Under the pieces are notes generated by a model, which worked only from the letters and a program-made list of their open reading frames with translations, had not been told where the DNA came from and made no database searches. Shown piece by piece: positions 56,244 through 64,000 of a stretch of 64,000 nt of DNA. The translations under genes and the position numbers were made by a program. Numbering within the stretch: position 1 is the stretch's first letter; the number at the start of each line of letters is the position of its first letter. Origin of the DNA: an uncultured Myxococcales bacterium (GTDB lineage: Bacteria > Myxococcota_A > UBA9042 > CAIXZC01). The stretch covers positions 43,644-107,643 of the forward strand of contig CAZFVN010000002.1 in the NCBI GenBank assembly GCA_964522395.1. The letters are read 5' to 3'.

Positions 56244-56972
56244 ATGCTGGAAGGCCCCGAAAAAGTTACACTTTTTCTCGGAAACTACGGGAGCGGCAAG
56301 ACCGAAGTAGCGGTCAACTATGCGCTTCATCAAGCCGCTGGAGCGCCTTCTTGGAGCATTGCGCTGGCAGATCTCGATCTCGTCAATCCTTACTTCCGTA
56401 GTCGTGAACCGCGAGATCTCCTGGAAGCTGCCGGAGTTCGGGTGATTCTACCCGACCGAGAATACCACGATGCCGATTTACCCATCCTCGTTCCGGAGGT
56501 GCGCGCGGCGCTTACCGCCTCAACCGCCCATGTGATTCTCGACGTCGGTGGCGATGATGCTGGTGCGAGAGTACTGGGGGCGCTCACGGATGCTCTCCCC
56601 GAGGGTAGCTACCAGGCGCTGATGGTGCTTAACGGCAATCGGCCTTTCACCAGCGATGTGGCGGGCATCAAGAGAATCAGAAGCGATATCGAGCGGGCCG
56701 GCCGGATTCAGATTGGCGGTCTGGTTTCTAATACGCACTTGATGGAAGAGACGACTGTGGGGACGATCCTGGCCGGCTACCGGCTGGCCAAGGAGGCCTC
56801 GAGGGCCACGGGTCTCCCCCTTGAATTCGTCTGTGCCCCGGCGACGATGGTGGCGGAGGTTGCCGCAGCAATAGGGGAACCGGTGCTCCCCATCGTGCGC
56901 TATCTGGCCCCCTCCTGGAAGAACTCAGGGGGCGGTCGGGGCAATTTGGGAAAGGAACTCTTTCGACTGTAG
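56244..56972 (+). CDS. P-loop NTPase of unknown function, about 242 aa.
   Basis: ATG 56244 lies after AGGAGA. The track ORF starts at 56169. Walker A GNYGSGKTE. DVGGDD is a possible Walker B. It sits immediately upstream of the oxidoreductase operon. The family was not recognised. Confidence 0.5.
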   Translation: MLEGPEKVTLFLGNYGSGKTEVAVNYALHQAAGAPSWSIALADLDLVNPYFRSREPRDLLEAAGVRVILPDREYHDADLPILVPEVRAALTASTAHVILDVGGDDAGARVLGALTDALPEGSYQALMVLNGNRPFTSDVAGIKRIRSDIERAGRIQIGGLVSNTHLMEETTVGTILAGYRLAKEASRATGLPLEFVCAPATMVAEVAAAIGEPVLPIVRYLAPSWKNSGGGRGNLGKELFRL

Positions 56973-56980
56973 GAGCGACC

Positions 56981-57214
56981 ATGCCCAGGGTCAGAATCGA
57001 CAAGGATCGTTGCAAGGGATGCGGGCTTTGCGTGGACAACTGCCCGCAAAACGTCCTCGATATGTCCATGGAGATCAATGCCAAAGGGTACTTCCACTCA
57101 AGCCCGGTGCGGCAGCACCATTGTATCGGCTGCCGGATTTGCGCCATTGTTTGCCCCGACGTGGCGATTGAGGTTGCAGTGAATGGTGTCCAGTACCACT
57201 ACTTCGCATACTAG
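56981..57214 (+). CDS. korD: 2x[4Fe-4S] ferredoxin-like delta subunit of a four-subunit 2-oxoacid:ferredoxin oxidoreductase.
   Basis: 77 aa with two CxxCxxCxxxCP motifs (CKGCGLCVDNCP, CIGCRICAIVCP). It is the first gene of a delta-alpha-beta-gamma operon, as in oorDABC. Confidence 0.7.
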   Translation: MPRVRIDKDRCKGCGLCVDNCPQNVLDMSMEINAKGYFHSSPVRQHHCIGCRICAIVCPDVAIEVAVNGVQYHYFAY

Positions 57215-57223
57215 GAGCCAGTG

Positions 57224-58297
57224 ATGGGTAAGAGACTCCTGATGAAAGGCAATGAGGCCATCGGCGAAGCCGCGATCATAGCGGGTTGTCGAGCATATTT
57301 CTGCTATCCAATTACGCCTCAGACGGAAGTCGCGGAATATCTGGCGCGCCGCATGCCCGAGGTGGGTGGCGTCTTTCTGCAGGGCGAGAGTGAGGTAGCT
57401 GTAGCATACATGCTCTTTGGCGCTGCCGCGGGTGGACGCAAAGTCTTCACCACTTCGTCAAGCCCCGGCATCAGCTTGATGGCTGAGGGCATGTCCTATC
57501 TTGCCGCGGCGGAGTTGCCGGTGGTGATTGGCAATGTCATGCGCAATGGCCCAGGTCTGGGAGGTATCCTGCCCTGTCAGGCCGATTATTTCCAGGCAAC
57601 CAAGGGGGCCGGTCACGGCGATTATCGGTTCCTGGTGCTTGCCCCGGCATCTGTCCAAGAGGCAGTGGACATGATGATCCTCGGCTTCGAGTTGGCCGAG
57701 AAGTATCGGACCCCGGTGATGATCGTTGCCGACGGCATGATTGGTCAGATGATGGAGCCGGTGGAGATACCCGAGTTTGACAGTGAGCCCTCCCCCGACA
57801 TTGAGGGACACGAGGATTGGGCGACTATCGGTGCCAAAGGCCGAGGGCAGAATCTCGTTAAGACCCTCTACCTGAAACCGGAACAGTCCTGGGAACACAA
57901 CGTAAAACTGAAGGCGAAGTATGACCTCATCGAGGACAACGAAATACGCTATGAAGAGGTAGACACCGATGGCGATCTTGATGTCCTGATCGTCTCCTTT
58001 GGGACCATGGCCCGGATTTGCAAAACGGCCATGACCGAGATGAAGGAGCAGGGTGTCAAGGTCGGCATGCTACGTCCGCAGACGCTCTGGCCTTTCCCTC
58101 TGCAACGTATCCGGGAACTGGCGGCGCGGTCGAAGATTGTCTATTCGGTGGAACTGTCCATGGGTCAGATGGTAGAGGACGTGGACCGTGCAGTGCAGGG
58201 CCAGGCGCCGGTGCATTTCTACGGCAAGACGGGGGGGCTGGTCCCGATTCCAGCAGAGGTTACTGCAGCGATACTCGCTACGTTGGAGGATAAGTAG
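57224..58297 (+). CDS. korA: 2-oxoacid:ferredoxin oxidoreductase alpha subunit.
   Basis: The N-terminus MGKRLLMKGNEAIGEAAIIAGCRAYFCYPITPQTEV...GGVFLQGESEVAVAYMLFGAAAGGRKVFTTSSSPGISLM is the conserved KorA/PorA core. The 2-oxoglutarate versus pyruvate or other 2-oxoacid specificity is unresolved. Confidence 0.75.
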   Translation: MGKRLLMKGNEAIGEAAIIAGCRAYFCYPITPQTEVAEYLARRMPEVGGVFLQGESEVAVAYMLFGAAAGGRKVFTTSSSPGISLMAEGMSYLAAAELPVVIGNVMRNGPGLGGILPCQADYFQATKGAGHGDYRFLVLAPASVQEAVDMMILGFELAEKYRTPVMIVADGMIGQMMEPVEIPEFDSEPSPDIEGHEDWATIGAKGRGQNLVKTLYLKPEQSWEHNVKLKAKYDLIEDNEIRYEEVDTDGDLDVLIVSFGTMARICKTAMTEMKEQGVKVGMLRPQTLWPFPLQRIRELAARSKIVYSVELSMGQMVEDVDRAVQGQAPVHFYGKTGGLVPIPAEVTAAILATLEDK

Positions 58298-59047
58298 ATG
58301 GCCAACAAGATCTTCCAAAGGACCGAATCGACGGCCACCGCACATACCCACTATTGCCCCGGCTGTACCCACGGGATCATCCATCGCATGGTGGCGGAAT
58401 CCCTGGACGAACTCGGTTTGCATGATCGGGCCGTAGGCATCGCTCCCGTGGGTTGCTCGGTGCTGGCGTACAACTACTTCACTATTGATTTCCAGGAATC
58501 GGCCCACGGTCGCGCACCAGCGATGGCCACCGGTTTGAAGCGAGTCCGCCCTGAACTGATCGTCTTCACTTATCAAGGGGACGGTGATCTGGCCTCCATC
58601 GGCACCGGGGAGATTATCCACGCGGCCAACCGTGGCGAGAAGATCTGCGTCATTTTCGTGAACAACGCCATCTACGGCATGACCGGCGGGCAGCTCGCCC
58701 CCACCACCATGCCGCGGCAGGTGACGACAACTTCTCCGGCCGGTCGGGATGTTAGCGAAGTTGGACACCCTCTCAGGGTGGCTGAGATGCTGGCAACCTT
58801 GGCAACGCCGAGCTATATCGTCCGGACTGCGGTGCACACGCCAGCCTACATGGTGCAGGCCAAAGAGTGCATCAAACGGGCATTCAAGTATCAGGCTGAA
58901 GGGCGCTGCTTCTCCCTGGTGGAGATCCTCTCGACCTGTCCCACGAATTGGGGTTTGCAACCAACTGAAGCCACCGCCTGGGTTGAACAGAATATGGTTC
59001 CCTACTACAAGATCAAGGAATTCAAGACGCCGGAGATGGAGGGGTAG
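58298..59047 (+). CDS. korB: 2-oxoacid:ferredoxin oxidoreductase beta subunit (TPP-binding).
   Basis: YCPGCTHG Cys motif. TPP-binding GDGD...NN motif (YQGDGDLASIGTGEIIHAANRGEKICVIFVNNAIYGMTGGQ). Confidence 0.75.
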   Translation: MANKIFQRTESTATAHTHYCPGCTHGIIHRMVAESLDELGLHDRAVGIAPVGCSVLAYNYFTIDFQESAHGRAPAMATGLKRVRPELIVFTYQGDGDLASIGTGEIIHAANRGEKICVIFVNNAIYGMTGGQLAPTTMPRQVTTTSPAGRDVSEVGHPLRVAEMLATLATPSYIVRTAVHTPAYMVQAKECIKRAFKYQAEGRCFSLVEILSTCPTNWGLQPTEATAWVEQNMVPYYKIKEFKTPEMEG

Positions 59048-59049
59048 AG

Positions 59050-59604
59050 ATGCAATATGAAGTTGTCTTTGCCGGATTCGGTGGACAGGGCGTCATGATC
59101 GCCGGACAGATTCTCGCGCATAGCGCGATGGACGAAGGCTACAACGTAGTTTGGCTTCCTAGCTATGGGCCTGAAATGCGGGGAGGCACAGCCAATTGTA
59201 GCGTTGTCATCTCCGACAAACTTATTGCCTCACCCGTAGTCCCCACGCCTGGAGCTGCCGTCGTTATGAACAATCCCTCTTTGGATAAGTTCGGGGCTTC
59301 GGTCAGGCCCGGTGGCGTAGTCATCATAAATACTTCCCTGGTGAATGTGGAATGCGACCGGGAAGATATTACGGTGGTCTCCATTCCGGCCAACGAGATC
59401 GCCATTGAGTTGGGCTCCGGAAAGGCAGCCAACATGGTGGTCCTGGGGGCCTACGTGGGGGCTACTGATGCTGTCTCCATCGAGAATCTGAAAGCGTTCA
59501 TGCAGAAGAAATTTGCGAACAAGCCGCAGTTTGTCGGTCTTAACATGGAGGCCCTTCAGGCGGGCTACGACAGAGCCAAAGCGGCGATGCAGGAGGAGAA
59601 GTGA
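59050..59604 (+). CDS. korC: 2-oxoacid:ferredoxin oxidoreductase gamma subunit.
   Basis: 184 aa. FAGFGGQGVMIAGQILAHSA...YGPEMRGGTANCSVVIS is the gamma-subunit (pyruvate/ketoisovalerate oxidoreductase gamma family) signature. Confidence 0.7.
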   Translation: MQYEVVFAGFGGQGVMIAGQILAHSAMDEGYNVVWLPSYGPEMRGGTANCSVVISDKLIASPVVPTPGAAVVMNNPSLDKFGASVRPGGVVIINTSLVNVECDREDITVVSIPANEIAIELGSGKAANMVVLGAYVGATDAVSIENLKAFMQKKFANKPQFVGLNMEALQAGYDRAKAAMQEEK

Positions 59605-60056
59605 TGCCCTCGACAGATTATGCCGAGTTGCTGCAGAAGTACCCTCCCATTGAGGAGTCGCTCATCGAGATTCTTCACGATGTGCAACTGGCTCATCGTC
59701 ATCTGCCGCGGCCAGCCCTTGAGGCTGCCGCCAACTACTGTGAGATTCCTCTCGCCCGGGTCATGAGCGTGGCCACATTCTACAAGGCTTTCTCCTTTGA
59801 ACCAAAGGGCGATACAGTGCTCAAAGTCTGTATGGGTACGGCTTGCCACGTGAAGGGAGCCAGCCTGCTCCTCGACGAAGCTGAGCGCCTTCTGGGCTGC
59901 AAGTGTGGTGAAACCACCGAGGACCGGAAGTATACGTTGGAAGAAGTGAACTGTGTCGGTGCCTGTGCCATGGCCCCGCTGGTCATCGAGGATGAGCAAT
60001 ACCACGGGAAATTCAAACCCGTTGACATGAAGACTCTGCTCAAGACGGGGGAGTAG
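59604..60056 (+). CDS. NuoE/HoxE-like thioredoxin-fold [2Fe-2S] subunit of an NADH-linked diaphorase module.
   Basis: Cys pattern C-x4-C...C-x3-C (VCMGTACHVKGA ... NCVGACAMAPLV). The ATG overlaps the korC TGA as TGATG. Confidence 0.7.
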   Translation: MPSTDYAELLQKYPPIEESLIEILHDVQLAHRHLPRPALEAAANYCEIPLARVMSVATFYKAFSFEPKGDTVLKVCMGTACHVKGASLLLDEAERLLGCKCGETTEDRKYTLEEVNCVGACAMAPLVIEDEQYHGKFKPVDMKTLLKTGE

Positions 60057-60057
60057 A

Positions 60058-61908
60058 ATGAAACTGACGCTTGCGAATATCGACGGCTATCGGCAGGAGC
60101 TGGTGAATCGGCGCAAGGGATTGCAGTCCATCATGGTCTGCTGCGGTACCGGCTGCCGAGCCCGGAACGGGTTGGGAGTGGCTGAGGCCCTGGGTGAAGA
60201 GCTGGCGAAGAAGGACCTTGGTGAAGTGAAAGTGGAATTGACCTCTACCGGGTGTCACGGCTGGTGTGAGCAAGGTCCCATCGTCACCGTCGAGCCAGAC
60301 GGTATTTTTTATACTAACGTCAAGGCCGATGATGCCGCTCAGATTGTCGAGGCTTTTGAGGCGGGCAATCCGGTACAGAGACTGCTCTATCGAGACATCG
60401 CCACCAAGGAACGCAAGGTGACCTATCATGAGGTGCCCTTTTACTCGCATCAGACCAGGTGGGCGATGCGCAATGTGGGACGGATATCTCCGACTGACAT
60501 TGGTCACTACATCGTTCGGGATGGCTACATGGCGTTGGCGAAGGTGCTCTCCGGTATGAGCCAGGAGGCAGTCCTGGACGAGGTTGCAAAAGCTGGTCTG
60601 CGAGGTCGAGGTGGCGGCGGCTTTGATGCCGGCCGTAAGTGGCGCTCCGCAGCGCGAGCCAGTGGGAGCGAGAAGTACCTCATCTGCAATGGCGACGAGG
60701 GTGACCCAGGTGCGTTTATGGACCGGTCGATAATGGAGGCTGACCCTCATGGAGTGATTGAGGGGATGACTATCGGAGCCTATGCCATAGGGTCTTCCCA
60801 GGGTTACATTTACGTGCGGCAGGAGTATCCGCTTGCTGTCGAGAATCTTGAAAAGGCAATGGCCGATGCCCGGGAAATGGGGTTGTTGGGCGAGAACATC
60901 CTTGGAAGCGAGTTCTCCTTCGACATCAAGATAGCCCGTGGCGGCGGAGCTTTTGTTTGTGGGGAATCCTCAGCGCTGATGCGCTCCATTGAGGGCAAAG
61001 TTGGCGAGCCTCGAGCCAAATATGTTCATGCCACCGACAAGGGACTCTTCAATCGGCCGACAGTGCTCAACAATGTCGAGACCTTCATCTGTGTGCCCCT
61101 GATTATCGACAAAGGTGCTGCTCACTTCGCCGCTACCGGGACTGAAGGTTCCAAAGGAACCAAAGCGTTCTCGGTGGTGGGCAAGGTGAATTGCAATGGA
61201 CTCATTGAAGTGCCAATGGGGACCACTTTGCGGGAGCTTATCTTTGACGTTGCCGGTGGTGTCCCCAAGGGCCGCTCATTCAAAGCGGTTCAGACGGGTG
61301 GGCCTTCGGGCGGCTGTCTGCCAGAAGATCAGTTGGATCTTCCGGTAGACTTCGACACCCTGGCCGAGGCTGGCTCAATGATGGGCTCGGGCGGTCTCAT
61401 CGTTATGGACGACCGCAACTGCCTGGTGGACGTGGCCCGCTATTTCGTGAAGTTTCTGGTGGACGAGTCTTGTGGCAAGTGTGTGCCTTGTCGGGAAGGG
61501 CTCAAGCAGATGTTGGAGGTGCTGACCCGGATTACGACGGGTGAGGGTCGAGTAGAGGACCTCGCCACCATCGACAAGCTCTGTGATGTGCTCAAGGATG
61601 GTAGCCTCTGCGCCCTGGGGACGTCCGCTGCTAACCCGGTCCTGTCGACCCTGATGTATTTCCGCAGTGAGTATGAAGAGCACATTCGGGATGGGTTTTG
61701 TCGGGCTGGAGTTTGCGCCGCTCTCTGTTCTTACCATATCAACGAGAAATGCACCGGCTGTACGTTGTGTGCCAAGGTTTGTCCGGTGACCTGCATTACC
61801 GGCGAGAAGAAGAAGTTGCACCTTATTGAGCAGGAGGACTGCATCCAATGTGGTTCCTGCTTTGATGCCTGCCGGTTCGATGCCATTGAGATCAGGAGCG
61901 CGCCATGA
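60058..61908 (+). CDS. NuoF/HoxF/HndC-like NAD(H)- and FMN-binding subunit. It has an N-terminal [2Fe-2S] domain and a C-terminal 2x[4Fe-4S] ferredoxin domain.
   Basis: 616 aa. GRGGGGFDAGRKW and ICNGDEGDPGAFMDR are the FMN/NADH motifs of NuoF. ESCGKCVPCREG is the N3 cluster motif. The C-terminus holds CTGCTLCAKVCP and CIQCGSCFDAC. The N-terminus holds CCGTGC. Confidence 0.75.
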   Translation: MKLTLANIDGYRQELVNRRKGLQSIMVCCGTGCRARNGLGVAEALGEELAKKDLGEVKVELTSTGCHGWCEQGPIVTVEPDGIFYTNVKADDAAQIVEAFEAGNPVQRLLYRDIATKERKVTYHEVPFYSHQTRWAMRNVGRISPTDIGHYIVRDGYMALAKVLSGMSQEAVLDEVAKAGLRGRGGGGFDAGRKWRSAARASGSEKYLICNGDEGDPGAFMDRSIMEADPHGVIEGMTIGAYAIGSSQGYIYVRQEYPLAVENLEKAMADAREMGLLGENILGSEFSFDIKIARGGGAFVCGESSALMRSIEGKVGEPRAKYVHATDKGLFNRPTVLNNVETFICVPLIIDKGAAHFAATGTEGSKGTKAFSVVGKVNCNGLIEVPMGTTLRELIFDVAGGVPKGRSFKAVQTGGPSGGCLPEDQLDLPVDFDTLAEAGSMMGSGGLIVMDDRNCLVDVARYFVKFLVDESCGKCVPCREGLKQMLEVLTRITTGEGRVEDLATIDKLCDVLKDGSLCALGTSAANPVLSTLMYFRSEYEEHIRDGFCRAGVCAALCSYHINEKCTGCTLCAKVCPVTCITGEKKKLHLIEQEDCIQCGSCFDACRFDAIEIRSAP

Positions 61909-62660
61909 GTGAAATCACGCTAAACGGCAGATTGGTCAAGGTGCGCAAGGGAGAGTTTCTGCTTGCCGTGGCCCGGCGGGAAGGGGTCGATATCCCAACC
62001 CTTTGTCAACTCGATTCAGTCGAGCCGTCTGGAGCTTGCCGACTTTGCATGGTGGAAGTGACGAAATCTGAGTGGGATGGCTGGTCGAAGCTAGTGACAT
62101 CCTGCCTGTTTCCCGCTGATGACGGCCTGATTGTGACCACCGATTCTCCCCAGGTTTGCAAGACTCGTAAGGGGATCCTGGAGTTGCTTATGGCCCGGTC
62201 GCCCAATGCTCTACCTGTCCAGGAACTGGCGCGAGAGTATGGCATTTTGCAGTGCCCTTATCCTGTCGACCACCAGGGCGACAACTGCATCTTGTGCGAT
62301 ATCTGCACGAGGGTTTGTCAGAATCTGGTGACCGGCGCTATCGCCCGTATTGAAAGAGGGGTGGAGAAGCGGGTGGCGACTCCCTTTGAGGAGCCTACCC
62401 CCGACTGCATAGGCTGTCTGGCCTGCGCTAGAAGTTGCCCTACCGAGGCCATCGATTACCAGGATACAGGTGCATCGCGCACCATCTGGGGCAAGACCTT
62501 TGAAGTTGCGGCGTGCGGGGGCTGCGGTGCTCCAACGGTAACTGCAGAGCAGGTAGCCTGGATCGAGAAGAGCAAGGGAGTTTCCCAGGAAGACCAGTTG
62601 ATGTGTGACCGGTGCAAGGCGCAAAAGACCGCCGCTGCGTACCAGAAGCTGGCCTGGTAG
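61905..62660 (+). CDS. NuoG/HydA-N-terminal-like iron-sulfur subunit with [2Fe-2S], His-ligated [4Fe-4S] and [4Fe-4S] sites. It has no catalytic domain.
   Basis: 251 aa. ITLNGRLVKV...CQLDSVEPSGACRLCMVEV is a 2Fe-2S ferredoxin fold. HQGDNCILCDICTRVCQ is an HxxxCxxCxxxxxC motif. CIGCLACARSCP. It overlaps the stop of the previous gene as ATGA. Confidence 0.65.
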   Translation: MSEITLNGRLVKVRKGEFLLAVARREGVDIPTLCQLDSVEPSGACRLCMVEVTKSEWDGWSKLVTSCLFPADDGLIVTTDSPQVCKTRKGILELLMARSPNALPVQELAREYGILQCPYPVDHQGDNCILCDICTRVCQNLVTGAIARIERGVEKRVATPFEEPTPDCIGCLACARSCPTEAIDYQDTGASRTIWGKTFEVAACGGCGAPTVTAEQVAWIEKSKGVSQEDQLMCDRCKAQKTAAAYQKLAW

Positions 62661-62674
62661 GGAGGAGATAAGAG

Positions 62675-63088
62675 ATGGTATCAAAGTTGATGCACGTTAC
62701 TCCCAGCAAATGCACAGCCTGCCGTAATTGCGAGTTAGCTTGTGCCTTTGCTCATCTGCACGAAGGGCGCCCAACTACCGCCCGTATTCGAGCCTTCGCC
62801 GATGATGGCCAGCGTGAGGGACACAATGCAGTTGTAGTTTGCATGCAGTGCGAAGATGCTGGCTGCGTCAAGGCCTGCCCCGCCTTTGCCCTCTGGCGGA
62901 AGCCGGAGACCGGTGCTATTTATCATGTGCCTGAGCGCTGCATTCGTTGTCAATCCTGCGTTGCCGGTTGTTCCTTCGGCAATATGCGTTGGGAAGCGGC
63001 CATGGATTTCCCCACCAAATGTGACCTATGTAATGGCGACCCCGTTTGCGTGAAGTTCTGCCCCACCGCCGCCATCGAGTATCGGTAG
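62675..63088 (+). CDS. Polyferredoxin with four [4Fe-4S]-type Cys motifs.
   Basis: 137 aa. CTACRNCELAC, CMQCEDAGCVKACP, CIRCQSCVAGC and CDLCNGDPVCVKFCP. RBS GGGAGGAG. Confidence 0.65.
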   Translation: MVSKLMHVTPSKCTACRNCELACAFAHLHEGRPTTARIRAFADDGQREGHNAVVVCMQCEDAGCVKACPAFALWRKPETGAIYHVPERCIRCQSCVAGCSFGNMRWEAAMDFPTKCDLCNGDPVCVKFCPTAAIEYR

Positions 63089-63202
63089 CGTCCCTTCAGC
63101 CACCATCCACCTCTCCTGCCGTCCCTCTGAAAAACAGGTTGGATTTGGTGTGAGGTGACCCTATGCTGGACTTGGAATTTCACAGCGAAGGAGGGATTTA
63201 CA

Positions 63203-63376
63203 ATGGAAAACAAAGTACTCATGGCAATGAAAGAAGCGGGCAAGCCAGTCCGTCCAGGCGATGTTGCCACTGCCCTTGGGGCCGACAAAGCCGAAGTATC
63301 CAAGGCCATCAAGGCCCTGAAGGCCACCGGGGCCATCCATTCCCCAAAGCGTTGCTTCTGGGAACCTACTTCCTAG
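63203..63376 (+). CDS. Small hypothetical protein of 57 aa, possibly helix-turn-helix.
   Basis: ATG 63203 lies 7 nt after AAGGAGGG. MENKVLMAMKEAGKPVRPGDVATALGADKAEVSKAIKALKATGAI. The call rests on a strong RBS only. Confidence 0.35.
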   Translation: MENKVLMAMKEAGKPVRPGDVATALGADKAEVSKAIKALKATGAIHSPKRCFWEPTS

Positions 63377-63386
63377 TACTCCACGG

Positions 63387-63974
63387 CTAGCGCTCCAATT
63401 TCAGCAGCTTCTTCAGGACCTTGTCGAGGAGTGAATCCTGGCCGGGCTCGTAGCGGTTGACGGGGTCCCAGGCTGGAGCTTCTGGAGGGGAGTAGACGTA
63501 GGAGTCTCGGGCTGGCTGGGGCGGCGGTGTGGCTGCTGCAGCAGCCGGTTTGGCCGTCGCCTTATCGGGTGCGGCAGTGTCCTTCTGTTCCTGTGCATTG
63601 GCGGCCGGCTTGCCGCCGCGACCGCGGCCGCCCCGGCGTCGGCGGCGTTTGGCGGCTTCGCTTAGTGGTTTTGCTTCACTACCATCGCCTGTACTCTTCT
63701 TCTTGCTGACTGCCGATTTGGACTCAGCGGCCTCGGCAGCAGGCTTCTCACCGTCGGCCTTCTTGCGGGGGCGCCTGCTCCGCCTGGGCTTCTTGGGGGT
63801 TTCGTCTTCGGCCTTGGCTTTTTCCGTGGTCGCACCGGTTTTTTTGGCCTTGGTTTCTGCTTTCGTCTCTGTTGCTTTGGTGCTGCCCCGGCGACCACGA
63901 CCTCGACCGGGGCTGCCCTTCTTGGCTCCGCCCTTCTTCGGTTCTTCGGTTTTGGTCTCTTCTGGCTTGGCCAC
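63387..63974 (-). CDS. Highly basic Lys/Ala/Glu/Arg-rich low-complexity protein, histone-H1-like. It is possibly longer, as the upstream part may run off the window.
   Basis: KKGGAKKGSPGRGRGRRGS...KKPRRSRRPRKKADGEK...RRRRRGGRGRGGKPA, with a conserved-looking C-terminus YVYSPPEAPAWDPVNRYEPGQDSLLDKVLKKLLKLER. The track start is a GTG 27 nt from the window edge. Confidence 0.5.
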   Translation of the reverse strand: MAKPEETKTEEPKKGGAKKGSPGRGRGRRGSTKATETKAETKAKKTGATTEKAKAEDETPKKPRRSRRPRKKADGEKPAAEAAESKSAVSKKKSTGDGSEAKPLSEAAKRRRRRGGRGRGGKPAANAQEQKDTAAPDKATAKPAAAAATPPPQPARDSYVYSPPEAPAWDPVNRYEPGQDSLLDKVLKKLLKLER

Positions 63975-64000
63975 CTGCTGCTTCGCTTCTTCTCGCTTTT

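Noticed and set aside
63155-63376. Longer 73-aa ORF 63155-63376 (MTLCWTWNFTAKEGFT...).
   Set aside because: The strong RBS AAGGAGGG sits inside it, 7 nt upstream of the internal ATG at 63203. The shorter 57-aa product was preferred, and even that is a low-confidence call.
1-64000. Mobile elements, integrases, transposases or a phage origin for the array.
   Set aside because: No transposase, integrase, tRNA target or direct or inverted terminal repeats were found. The flanking genes are ordinary chromosomal genes.

Overview
This is high-GC (~60%) bacterial chromosomal DNA; several proteins suggest a Myxococcota-like lineage. From position 1 to about 40,080 the window is a head-to-tail array on the + strand of at least 11 paralogous genes, each encoding a 1193-1385-aa Sec-secreted multidomain protein. 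Ten copies are complete and one C-terminal fragment enters from upstream, so the array continues beyond the 5' edge. Each protein has an almost invariant ~130-aa N-terminal domain, a Cys-containing alanine-rich segment, a glycine-rich beta-helix-like core and two C-terminal PPC (pre-peptidase C-terminal)-like domains. The first seven copies carry an extra ~230-aa beta-propeller-like insert and the last four do not. Sequence blocks are shared among copies in a mosaic pattern. Copies are 15-120 bp apart and most junctions carry a conserved leader (GGGTGAGGCAAA ... GGGTGGTTCAAnATG) that is either an in-frame N-terminal extension or an out-of-frame 11-codon uORF. Downstream lie, in order: an AgmX/PglI-C-terminal-like membrane protein, a TPR protein and a PEGA-like envelope protein on the - strand; tsaC and nadB; two giant cysteine-rich lipoproteins with MopE-type metal-binding repeats and thrombospondin type 3 repeats; a 5x lamin-tail-domain lipoprotein; and an anaerobic redox cluster. 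That cluster comprises a P-loop ATPase, an OorDABC-type four-subunit 2-oxoacid:ferredoxin oxidoreductase, NuoE-, NuoF- and NuoG-N-terminal-like subunits and a polyferredoxin. The window ends in a Lys/Ala/Glu-rich basic protein. No tRNA or rRNA genes, CRISPR arrays or mobile elements were seen.
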